Origin: an uncultured Gammaproteobacteria bacterium
GTDB lineage: Bacteria > Pseudomonadota > Gammaproteobacteria > SZUA-229
Assembly (NCBI GenBank): GCA_963803185.1
Contig: CAWDMF010000023.1
Location: 14,034-78,033 of the forward strand
DNA length: 64,000 bases
Direction: 5' to 3'
Shown here: piece by piece, positions 27,020 to 35,271 of the stretch
Numbering within the stretch: the first letter of the stretch is position 1
Layout of the letters: each line of letters opens with the position of its first letter
Notes under the pieces: generated by a model
The model's database searches: none
Seen by the model: the letters and a program-made list of their open reading frames with translations, nothing else
What the model was told of the DNA's origin: nothing
Program-made: the position numbers and the translations under genes

Positions 27020-28450
27020 TTAAGGTGTCACGGTAGGTGTAAAGACATGATCAAATGCCCCGGTCCAGTCAATACCGTTCGGATATACCGTGGTCAGGTA
27101 ATCGGCATTATTTAACTCAGCTGAGCGCCAGTCGAGCGGATCCGTACCCTGGTTTTCTTCCTGGCCGGCAAAACCGCCGATGAAATTATATACGGCATTT
27201 AACAGGTCGTTACAGTCATCACCGATAGCTGCGCATTTTGCTCCGGTAAAATAATCACTATCAAGGTTTAGCTCGGTAATGATTAGATCAAGCGAAGGAT
27301 TAAAAGGTAACAGCCAGCTGCCACCTGTTGCAGGTGTTGTACGATTACCTCGGTACTCGGATGTCAGCACCGATTTATTTATATATTCCCAGTCCATATC
27401 GTGCTCAAAGAAATAGACATCTTTTTTACTGAATAAATAATCGCCCAGGTGATTATTCAAGAAAACATTCAACACCAGTGGTAATGATATATTCTGAAAT
27501 TCAGCGATAGAGGCACCGTTACCCAGCGCATCAGAAACAGTGAATAAATGCAGATCAGGAATTTCAGTAATATTTGTCACCGGTAAAAATTGAGCTTTCA
27601 TATCAATCAAGCCACGGGCCTGGAAAACTTTTAACAGTGGATTGCCTGTCAGGTCTTTCACCAGCTGAATCCTAAAGCCATCTGCCCACAGGTTATTTTC
27701 GTCAAATTGCAGGAACATGTCTACCGTCTTCTGTTCGCTGGTAAAATTGAAATCCATGCGCATCATCGATGGATCTTCGCTATCATGGTTATCCCAGTTG
27801 ACACCAGTACCATCTATTATCATGCGGCCTTCGATATCACCATTCGCCAGTTCATTCCAGGAGATGTAAAACTGTGATTGCTCACCAGCAACGGGTGGCA
27901 GTGAACGGCTGTAATTATAATAAAGGCGAACGGTTACCTGGGTATCTGATTCGTCAGTGACACTGTAGTGGGTTGGTTCATCCGCTTCAAAATCTGCCGA
28001 ATTATTATCATTATCAGTTTCAATAATTTCGCCGTCATGCGGTACAAAACCGGAAACGTCAATTAATAAATCAGCAATACAGGTCCAGGTTGCCATGGTT
28101 GAAATCATAAATTTACTGGTTTCATATCCATTGCGGAAAGGATCGTCTTCATCTTCATTACCCAGATATGCACAGGGCTCACCCGTACCTGCCTTCGCCA
28201 TTTGTATTGACTGGCTTACCGTGGTCATGGCATTACTGGTTTGAGCCGCTTGTGTAACCGAAGCTGTTTGTCCGCCCGTCAGACTTGCAGGAATATCCAG
28301 AGCAAGTGTCGGATTACTGGCAGCAGAAGTGCCGCTGCTATCGCCATCGCAGGCTACAAGTAAACTGCTCAATAGCACTGCTGTAACAGCCAGTTTCGAT
28401 TTGAAATCCAGCCGGTTAAATATGTTCAATCGGATATTGTGGTTATTCAT
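27020..28450 (-). CDS. Lipoprotein of unknown function (476 aa)
   Basis: Lipobox LLVAC, SD GGAGAA, and no family that I can recognise. A copy of the locus-specific bipartite motif lies upstream. Confidence 0.6.
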   Translation of the reverse strand: MNNHNIRLNIFNRLDFKSKLAVTAVLLSSLLVACDGDSSGTSAASNPTLALDIPASLTGGQTASVTQAAQTSNAMTTVSQSIQMAKAGTGEPCAYLGNEDEDDPFRNGYETSKFMISTMATWTCIADLLIDVSGFVPHDGEIIETDNDNNSADFEADEPTHYSVTDESDTQVTVRLYYNYSRSLPPVAGEQSQFYISWNELANGDIEGRMIIDGTGVNWDNHDSEDPSMMRMDFNFTSEQKTVDMFLQFDENNLWADGFRIQLVKDLTGNPLLKVFQARGLIDMKAQFLPVTNITEIPDLHLFTVSDALGNGASIAEFQNISLPLVLNVFLNNHLGDYLFSKKDVYFFEHDMDWEYINKSVLTSEYRGNRTTPATGGSWLLPFNPSLDLIITELNLDSDYFTGAKCAAIGDDCNDLLNAVYNFIGGFAGQEENQGTDPLDWRSAELNNADYLTTVYPNGIDWTGAFDHVFTPTVTP

Positions 28451-28531
28451 CTTGTTTCTCCATTAATCTGGCTTATGCTTAAAGTATGATGCCAGCGAGT
28501 TTATGTTCGAGCTGTGTCGTTTTGTTCGATT

Positions 28532-28567
28532 ATTAAGAGACGGGTAATACAGCAGCATTTGAAAATT
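28532..28567 (-). promoter_or_regulatory. Bipartite motif copy 1 (AATTTTCAAAT-N15-GTCTCTTAAT), upstream of the lipoprotein gene
   Basis: The minus-strand reading is aattttcaaat gctgctgtattaccc gtctcttaat, about 80 nt upstream of the ATG at 28450. Confidence 0.55.
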
Positions 28568-28593
28568 ATTATGCATAAAAATAAGATAAATTT

Positions 28594-28630
28594 AATTTTC
28601 AAATAAAACAGTTCTGTGTGTCTCTTTAAT
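28594..28630 (+). promoter_or_regulatory. Bipartite motif copy 2, immediately upstream of the M48/TPR gene
   Basis: aattttcaaat aaaacagttctgtgt gtctctttaat, ending 2 nt before the ATG at 28633. Confidence 0.55.
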
Positions 28631-28632
28631 AT

Positions 28633-30624
28633 ATGAGACTTACAACGGCTTTATTTAATGATATGAAAAACCATATGAAACAGTTGTTTACAATCGGCGG
28701 CAGGCTTTTTCTCATGTTACTGTGCTTTAGCGCTGCAAGTCATAAGGTTGTTTATGCTGATCAGGTTTCCCTGATTCCGCCTGCCGATCCGAAACAGTCG
28801 ATTACTTACTGGAAAAAATATACCCTGGCGGACAGCAGCCCGTTAGTTCAGCACTCACAACAGGTTTTTTCGGTATTGCTGCGCGCATGGGACCAGTCAC
28901 GTATCGAACCGGGTCTGTTTGTTGTTGAATCAGAAGCCGGAGCATGGGCAGCTTCGCTGGCTGATGGAAATATTTTATTAAGTAAGCAGGCTATAGAAAC
29001 CAGCTTTTCCTTTGGTCGCCAGCGCGGTGAACATTTGCTGGCATTTATACTGGCACATGAACTGGCGCATCAGCGAGCTGATGATTTATGGCATCAGCGT
29101 TTCTTCCGGATGATTGGTAAACATTCTGCCGAATCCCGTAAGAAAATGATGGCAGGACTGGAACTGGATGCAGACATGTTAAACCAGATGGAGCAGAAAG
29201 AAGCTCAGGCTGACCATGACGGGCTTGTCTTAATGGCCAGCGTTGGCTTTGACCCGCACCAGGTAGTTGGCGACCAGCTTGCAGAGCAGAATGATGGCGA
29301 TAGAGACTTTTTCACCTTATGGGTTGAAAATATCTGGCATCAGGGCTGTGTAGAAAGCAATACAGACAACAGTAATTATGATGCCTGCGAACAGGCAATG
29401 GCACGGGCATTAAGAACCCAGGCACAACTTAAAACAGTCGCAACACAGTCCATGCTTTACGAACTGGGTATCCAGTCATTTGTAGCCGGAAACTATCAAC
29501 AGGCAAGAGAATACTTCACTATCTATGGGCGAGATTATCCCGGCAGGGCAATCATCTCAGCTATAGGTTTAAGCTATTTTGCTCAGGCGCAGGGTATCCA
29601 GAAACAAATCAATGAACTTGCCGCCAGCACCGGTGAAAATCAGCAGGCAAAATCACAGCTGTTTGATTTTTACTACCCGATGATTCTTGATGCACAAGTT
29701 AACGGTAGTAATTCAGCATCATCAGACAATAAACGCGCCAGTGCAACAGCGCTGATTGCCGAGTTAAAGAAACAAAAAGCTAAATTACTAGACCAGGGTA
29801 TCAGTCAGTTTGAAAAGGCCATTCGGCTGGCGCCGGATTATCAGCAAACCTACCTGTTGCTGGCTTCAGCACACCTGCTGGCCAATAATTCGTATCGAGT
29901 TCGCGGTGTACTGCAGGGTCAGTATTTACCAAAATTCGGTGATGACAGCGGGGCAAACATGCTGCTGGCGTTGACAGCGGCAATTGAAGGCAAGACAACT
30001 CAGGCAATTGCACAGCTAAGCGAGCTGACGGAAAAAATCAAAAATAGCAAAGCAGTTTCATCATTACCGGATAATGTGCTGGCTTACAGCGCTTTTTATA
30101 ACCTTGCTGAATTATATAGGGCAACGGGTAAAACACAGCAGGCGAAAAAAGTCTGGAGGGATCTTGCTCAATATTCCGGAAAAAACGGCGATACACTATT
30201 ATTCCGCCTGGCAATAAACCGTATCAACAAAAATGCTACGCTATCGACAAAACAGTTAACACAGGCACCATTAATCAATGGCAAAAGGCTGGGTGACAAA
30301 ATCCAGTTTGAAAAACAGCCGTCCGACTTATGGATAGACGGCGAGCGCTATCATATAAGCACAGTTAAAAACACACGTTATATCACACAGGATGACGGTA
30401 CACTCATCAGTGCCTGGCAAAACGATACCATATCTTCGGCCAGCCAGATAAGCGGTAAGCTAAGCATTGGTGATTTTGCAGACCGTCCATTCAAAACGCT
30501 GGGCATTCCTGATCGTCGCTTAAACATGACATCAGGCGAGTACCTGGCTTATGACAATTACGGCCTGGCCGTTCGAATCAGTAATAATCAGGTAAAAGGG
30601 TGGTTTTTATATGATGCTCAGTAA
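28633..30624 (+). CDS. BepA-like periplasmic M48 zinc metalloprotease with TPR repeats
   Basis: A signal peptide, HELAH (HExxH) followed by ...EAQADHDGLVLMASVGFDP, and then TPR-like helical repeats. The start may be an internal ATG at 28663 or 28675. Confidence 0.7.
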   Translation: MRLTTALFNDMKNHMKQLFTIGGRLFLMLLCFSAASHKVVYADQVSLIPPADPKQSITYWKKYTLADSSPLVQHSQQVFSVLLRAWDQSRIEPGLFVVESEAGAWAASLADGNILLSKQAIETSFSFGRQRGEHLLAFILAHELAHQRADDLWHQRFFRMIGKHSAESRKKMMAGLELDADMLNQMEQKEAQADHDGLVLMASVGFDPHQVVGDQLAEQNDGDRDFFTLWVENIWHQGCVESNTDNSNYDACEQAMARALRTQAQLKTVATQSMLYELGIQSFVAGNYQQAREYFTIYGRDYPGRAIISAIGLSYFAQAQGIQKQINELAASTGENQQAKSQLFDFYYPMILDAQVNGSNSASSDNKRASATALIAELKKQKAKLLDQGISQFEKAIRLAPDYQQTYLLLASAHLLANNSYRVRGVLQGQYLPKFGDDSGANMLLALTAAIEGKTTQAIAQLSELTEKIKNSKAVSSLPDNVLAYSAFYNLAELYRATGKTQQAKKVWRDLAQYSGKNGDTLLFRLAINRINKNATLSTKQLTQAPLINGKRLGDKIQFEKQPSDLWIDGERYHISTVKNTRYITQDDGTLISAWQNDTISSASQISGKLSIGDFADRPFKTLGIPDRRLNMTSGEYLAYDNYGLAVRISNNQVKGWFLYDAQ

Positions 30625-30687
30625 GGTATCTCAACAAATATTCACTACACTCAGTGATAATGATAATAACTGCTTACAGGACTTATT

Positions 30688-31629
30688 TTGCCCTTATCAG
30701 CCAATCCGCCGGTCAGTACTTCACAGCGCAACAGTGAAAATATCGAGCTCGCAAAAAAAGCGGCAAATAATGACGCGCAAGCACGAATAGAGGTTAATGA
30801 TTTAATTGCCCCCATAATCCAGTACCAGACAAACCGGTTCTGTAAACGGTTTTGCAAAGAAAACAGCGCCCATTATAAATGCACATTAAAACCGCCGCTT
30901 GGCTCGCCGCCTGCCGATGCCAGTTTATGCGAATGGGGTAACGGCTGTTACACATGGATGCTGGAAGATTTAAGCAGCAGCAAACGGCTGTTGAAATATC
31001 AGGCAAAAAACAATGCAACATTATTTGATTACTGTTATGTCATCGCCAATTCACTGCCATTTTATGAACGCTGGAAAGACTGGCGTTTTGCTCGAAAAAA
31101 TTATGTTCCAAGTTATATTCAGTCGCTGGGTAAAGCAGCTGTCTCTGTTTTTTATGGCCTGCAATCGCAGCACAGCATTGAACAAATCAGTCAGGCTTCA
31201 GCGCAAACTGTCCTGGAAAGTACCGAACTTAGCCGAAACATCATTCGTTTACTAAGCTCAAGGAGCAAGTTGCATCTCCTGAACCGGCCACACAGTGTTT
31301 CGTTCACACAGGATAATGATGTTGCCGAAGATGTATGGCAAGGGCCGTCAAATATCGAGTCAGAAACAGCAAGCCATGATGAAGCAATAGAGTTACGGGA
31401 AGATAAACAGAAACTGAAGAAAGCGTGGCACGAATTATCGGCTGTTGAACAATTTGTAATTGAAGCCCTTGTTATTGAAGAACAGGAGGCACAAATTGTT
31501 TTAGCGGCACTAAGAACATTAAACCTGAGCATTAAACAGGGGGTTCCTGCAGGTGAGACTGATCGACAGCAATTATATTATTTCCGCAGAAAAACGCTGG
31601 CAAAACTGAATGCCTTGATGAAGAAATGA
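30688..31629 (+). CDS. Atypical ECF-like sigma-70 family factor with a Cys-rich insertion
   Basis: The region-4-like C-terminus is LSAVEQFVIEALVIEEQEAQIVLAAL...QLYYFRRKTLAKLNAL. The region-2-like N-terminus is split by CKRFCKENSAHYKCTLKPPLGSPPADASLCEWGNGC. A zf-HC2 anti-sigma gene follows. The only in-frame start candidates are TTG at 30688 and CTG at 30670. Confidence 0.55.
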   Translation: MPLSANPPVSTSQRNSENIELAKKAANNDAQARIEVNDLIAPIIQYQTNRFCKRFCKENSAHYKCTLKPPLGSPPADASLCEWGNGCYTWMLEDLSSSKRLLKYQAKNNATLFDYCYVIANSLPFYERWKDWRFARKNYVPSYIQSLGKAAVSVFYGLQSQHSIEQISQASAQTVLESTELSRNIIRLLSSRSKLHLLNRPHSVSFTQDNDVAEDVWQGPSNIESETASHDEAIELREDKQKLKKAWHELSAVEQFVIEALVIEEQEAQIVLAALRTLNLSIKQGVPAGETDRQQLYYFRRKTLAKLNALMKK

Positions 31630-31646
31630 ATATAAGACTGTTAAAT

Positions 31647-31682
31647 AATTTTCAAATATTTTTACAGTTGTTGTCTCTTAAT
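31647..31682 (+). promoter_or_regulatory. Bipartite motif copy 3, immediately upstream of the anti-sigma gene
   Basis: aattttcaaat atttttacagttgtt gtctcttaat, ending 4 nt before the ATG at 31687. Confidence 0.55.
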
Positions 31683-31686
31683 CAAC

Positions 31687-32685
31687 ATGAACAGCAAAGG
31701 TAATACTATGACGTCTCAGCATATCGATAATGACACTTTAAGTCTGTTTGTAAAAATGACCTTATATCCGCACGATCACAGCATGAACAGTTCGCAATAT
31801 CATGCGGTACTCGATCACCTTGCCCATTGCGAAGAATGCCGGGACCAGGTAAGCATAATCACCACCCTGCATAAAGAATGGCAGCAGATGGATATCCATG
31901 CCGATCTCAGTGATGAAAAGCAACAGCTAATCTGTGATTACCTGGATGGAAATTTAACTGCAGAAGAGGCCAGCAAAACTAAAAAGCTGATTAACAGTCA
32001 CCCTGATGCAATGAAAGCGGCATTACATTACAGCAGCCATGCTCAGTCCATGAAAGCACAATTAACTGACAACCAGCAATCAGTTTCAAGCGCACAATCT
32101 GCGAACAAAACCAGTGATCAAAGCTTTGTTCCCCACCTGACATCATTCGTAAAACGTTTATTCAGCTTTCAATCACCACTGGTTTACACCATGACTGCGA
32201 CCGCGGCTGTTTTTGTTGCGGTACTGTTATTTGTGCAATCGACTGAAATTAATCAAACCATGATTGCAAGTTACCAGGATAACCCAACGATTCAGTTTAC
32301 AGACAAAAACAAATTGCCGGGCATTGGTTTTTTCGCTAAATCGATGGATTCTTCAAAGTCTTTTGAGAATGTTAATATTGAACTGATTTCAGAAAACAGG
32401 ATAAAAATATCATGGCCGGCAGTTGCTGGCGCTGAACTTTATAAAATGCGAATCCAGGTTTTTAATCAGGGCAAGAAAACTGTTTTAAAAGAGAAAACAA
32501 CCCATACCAATCACACCACCTTTGAATTAAGTCAAGAGCTTCCTGTAGTAAAACAGGACAAGCATAATAAACGTTACGAATGGGTGTTATATGGCAATAC
32601 AGAAGATGACCGTATGTTTTATGCTTCTGGAGGTTTTGTTGTAGACCAGGTTCATGCTAATTCTGACTGGGAAGCCGGCTGGTAA
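31687..32685 (+). CDS. Zinc-finger (zf-HC2/ZAS-type) transmembrane anti-sigma factor with an extracytoplasmic beta-rich domain
   Basis: H-x3-C-x2-C in DHLAHCEEC; a single TM (LVYTMTATAAVFVAVLLFV); a C-terminal FN3-like segment (ISWPAVAGAELYKMRIQVF...). Confidence 0.7.
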   Translation: MNSKGNTMTSQHIDNDTLSLFVKMTLYPHDHSMNSSQYHAVLDHLAHCEECRDQVSIITTLHKEWQQMDIHADLSDEKQQLICDYLDGNLTAEEASKTKKLINSHPDAMKAALHYSSHAQSMKAQLTDNQQSVSSAQSANKTSDQSFVPHLTSFVKRLFSFQSPLVYTMTATAAVFVAVLLFVQSTEINQTMIASYQDNPTIQFTDKNKLPGIGFFAKSMDSSKSFENVNIELISENRIKISWPAVAGAELYKMRIQVFNQGKKTVLKEKTTHTNHTTFELSQELPVVKQDKHNKRYEWVLYGNTEDDRMFYASGGFVVDQVHANSDWEAGW

Positions 32686-32705
32686 TAATTTTATGGTGAA
32701 AAAAG

Positions 32706-33758
32706 ATGCTTAATACAGATATTACATACCTTGCCGGAATAAAAAGATATTGCAGAATCGCAATGCTGGTCTCACTTGGCATTTTCTGCATGTTCTCGAG
32801 TAATGCTTATGCTGCTGATAGTCGGGGCATTGCTATACAGCCAATAGACAAGTCGGCAAAGCCGGCAGCCACAAACGGCATTTATCGTGCGCTTGTTATC
32901 GGAAATAATGACTACATGGATGAGAAAGGTAAATGGAAGTCACTAAGTACTGCGGTTGCTGATGCAAGGGCGGTTGCTGACCTGCTTAAGAAGCAGTACG
33001 GCTTTACTGATATTAAGCTGCTTGAAAATGCTACTCGGCGCGATGTGCTGATCGCACTGGAAGATCTGGGCAGAAAATCCTTAAAAAATGATAATGTTTT
33101 AATCTATTATGCCGGTCATGGTTTTCTTGACGATGAGACCAATAAAGGCTTCTGGGTTCCGGTTGATGCCAGCGGCAGTGACCATACAACGTTTTTACGT
33201 AATTCTACTATTCGAGACGAAGTTTCAGGCATCGCTGCTCGTGTGAAACACACCTTACTTATTTCTGATTCATGTTTTAGCGGTTCTTTATTAAGAACTG
33301 CATCACGTGGAATATCAGAATCTGAATACACCGAAAAATATTTCAAGAAAGTATCAAGCAAGAAAAGTGTGCAAATAATGGCAGCCGGCGGATTTGAGTT
33401 TGTTGACGATGATTACCGCGATTCAGGTCATTCGCCTTTTACTTATTTCCTGCTGAATGAATTGAAAACTAATGACAGCCCGATGTTTACCGTTAGCCAG
33501 CTTTCCGGAAATGTTGAACGTGCAGTTGCAAATAATGTTGAACAGGTCCCAGAAAGCGGCGTATTGCAAGGCGCCGGCGATGAATTAGGTGAATTCATTT
33601 TTATTAAACTGGATGTTGCCGTCGAAGGCATCGATCCTGAAAAAGTAAAAGTTGAGGTCAATGTCGTGCCCGCAGATAAGACGCAAACAGACAATGCAAT
33701 AAAAGTTAGAAAACAATCAGACAAACAAATCAAAGTTGTGCCGATACCAACCTTGTAG
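32706..33758 (+). CDS. Secreted caspase-family (peptidase C14) protease
   Basis: Signal ...SSNAYA; YRALVIGNNDY; catalytic His in IYYAGHG and Cys in LISDSCFSG; a ~90-aa C-terminal tail. Confidence 0.85.
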   Translation: MLNTDITYLAGIKRYCRIAMLVSLGIFCMFSSNAYAADSRGIAIQPIDKSAKPAATNGIYRALVIGNNDYMDEKGKWKSLSTAVADARAVADLLKKQYGFTDIKLLENATRRDVLIALEDLGRKSLKNDNVLIYYAGHGFLDDETNKGFWVPVDASGSDHTTFLRNSTIRDEVSGIAARVKHTLLISDSCFSGSLLRTASRGISESEYTEKYFKKVSSKKSVQIMAAGGFEFVDDDYRDSGHSPFTYFLLNELKTNDSPMFTVSQLSGNVERAVANNVEQVPESGVLQGAGDELGEFIFIKLDVAVEGIDPEKVKVEVNVVPADKTQTDNAIKVRKQSDKQIKVVPIPTL

Positions 33759-33770
33759 AAGGATAGCATT

Positions 33771-34502
33771 ATGTTAGCAAGAAATATTTCACTCGTAATA
33801 TTAGCTTTATCACTCAGCATAAGTCATCTACATGCCGAGCAAAGCCTGACTTTAGGTGCAAAATTACTGGGCGCAGGCTGGAATGGAGACAATGGTACCG
33901 GCGGCAGCGAGTTTGGAAGTGACAAGGGTGGCCAGTTCGGTGTAAATATATCTTACAAAATCGGCCGTTTCTACACTGGCTTAAATCTACAACGCGGCAA
34001 ATATGAATTTACCGGCAATGCGCCAGACAAGTTTATACAACCCAATCTCTTTGTGCCTGACGGGCGCCTGTCCAGCTCAAATGTTACCATCCAGCAATCT
34101 GATTTTGATTTACTGGCGGGTTATTATTTCTGGGATCAGGTGTCATTGTTTATTGATGTTAAAGCGGTAACTAACGACTGGCTCGATCAATCTTACAGCC
34201 AGACTTTTGTTGGACTCGGTCTGGGCATATCAGGTTACATACCACTGAATAACCGCTGGACACTTTTTGGCTCTTTCGGTTTTATCGGCGGTGGTGATAT
34301 AAAAGATAATAATGATAACAAAGTAGGGGAAGGTAAAAGCTGGGCACTGGAAGCAGGTACGGTTTATACAATTAACGAACGGCACTTTATCAATGGCGGA
34401 CTAAAAACAAGAGAGTATGATTTTGAAGACCTGAACTCTATAAAGCAGAGTTATAACATTAATGCGTTGTTTATCGGCTATAACTACAGCTTCAGTTTAT
34501 AA
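33771..34502 (+). CDS. Putative outer-membrane beta-barrel protein
   Basis: A signal peptide (..SISHLHA), alternating amphipathic strands rich in G/Y/N, and an aromatic-rich C-terminus ...LFIGYNYSFSL. Confidence 0.5.
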   Translation: MLARNISLVILALSLSISHLHAEQSLTLGAKLLGAGWNGDNGTGGSEFGSDKGGQFGVNISYKIGRFYTGLNLQRGKYEFTGNAPDKFIQPNLFVPDGRLSSSNVTIQQSDFDLLAGYYFWDQVSLFIDVKAVTNDWLDQSYSQTFVGLGLGISGYIPLNNRWTLFGSFGFIGGGDIKDNNDNKVGEGKSWALEAGTVYTINERHFINGGLKTREYDFEDLNSIKQSYNINALFIGYNYSFSL

Positions 34503-34530
34503 CCGTTTTGTTTATCAAGTTGCAATAATC

Positions 34531-35022
34531 ATGCTGCATAAAGCTTTTTATTTTATCGTACTTTTGTTGTTAGCTACGGCATGTTCCTTATCCACTGAAA
34601 CCCATTCATCTCTCGCGTTGCAAACTATTCCAGTTGAGTTAACAACACATTTAGGTGACCAGCAGCAGTTTATCGACGGTGATGAAATTCAGTTTTTATT
34701 AAGCCTTGGCAGTGATGCATACATCTATATGTATTACATCGATGCCGCTAATAAGATTACAAAAATACTGCCAAATGAAAACCAGCACAGTCATTTTTAT
34801 TCGGCCGGCTATTTTCTGACCGTACCAAATTACGAAAATCATTACCGGTTTATAATCAGCAGGCCATACGGCGAAGAAACCATTTGGATATTTGCAAGCG
34901 ACCAGTCGATTAATATCAACGAGACGAACATTGGAATAGACGAGATAAGAAATAATATAAAAAACGCATCAAGACTTGCATATGGTGAATATGCGATGAA
35001 AATAGTGACGCGTGATAGATAG
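34531..35022 (+). CDS. DUF4384-like lipoprotein
   Basis: ATG at 34531 with lipobox LLATAC. The core GDEIQFLLSLGSDAYIYMYYIDAANKITKILPN...ETIWIFASDQ resembles DUF4384. Confidence 0.6.
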   Translation: MLHKAFYFIVLLLLATACSLSTETHSSLALQTIPVELTTHLGDQQQFIDGDEIQFLLSLGSDAYIYMYYIDAANKITKILPNENQHSHFYSAGYFLTVPNYENHYRFIISRPYGEETIWIFASDQSININETNIGIDEIRNNIKNASRLAYGEYAMKIVTRDR

Positions 35023-35037
35023 TTATTAACAGTACTC

Positions 35038-35143
35038 ATGAACAGGATACCCTTTATTCAAGACCGTCAGCTGCAGGGATGCAGCTGTCGAGCCTATATG
35101 GACATATTCACGGCACGTCTTGAATAAAGGGTATCCTGTTCAT
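35038..35143. repeat. Perfect 27-bp inverted repeat enclosing smaller hairpins
   Basis: atgaacaggataccctttattcaagac (35038..35064) is the exact reverse complement of 35117..35143. The inner hairpin is cagctgca-ggga-tgcagctg. Confidence 0.9.
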
Positions 35144-35271
35144 CTGACTCAGTAATAATAACTGGCCAGCATAAAAACAGATTCATCAAAACATTTTTCA
35201 CTGACTTCAAATATGTAAACTTCTTTTTTCACTATGATATCTAACCTGGTTAATTTGTTAATTAATTATAT

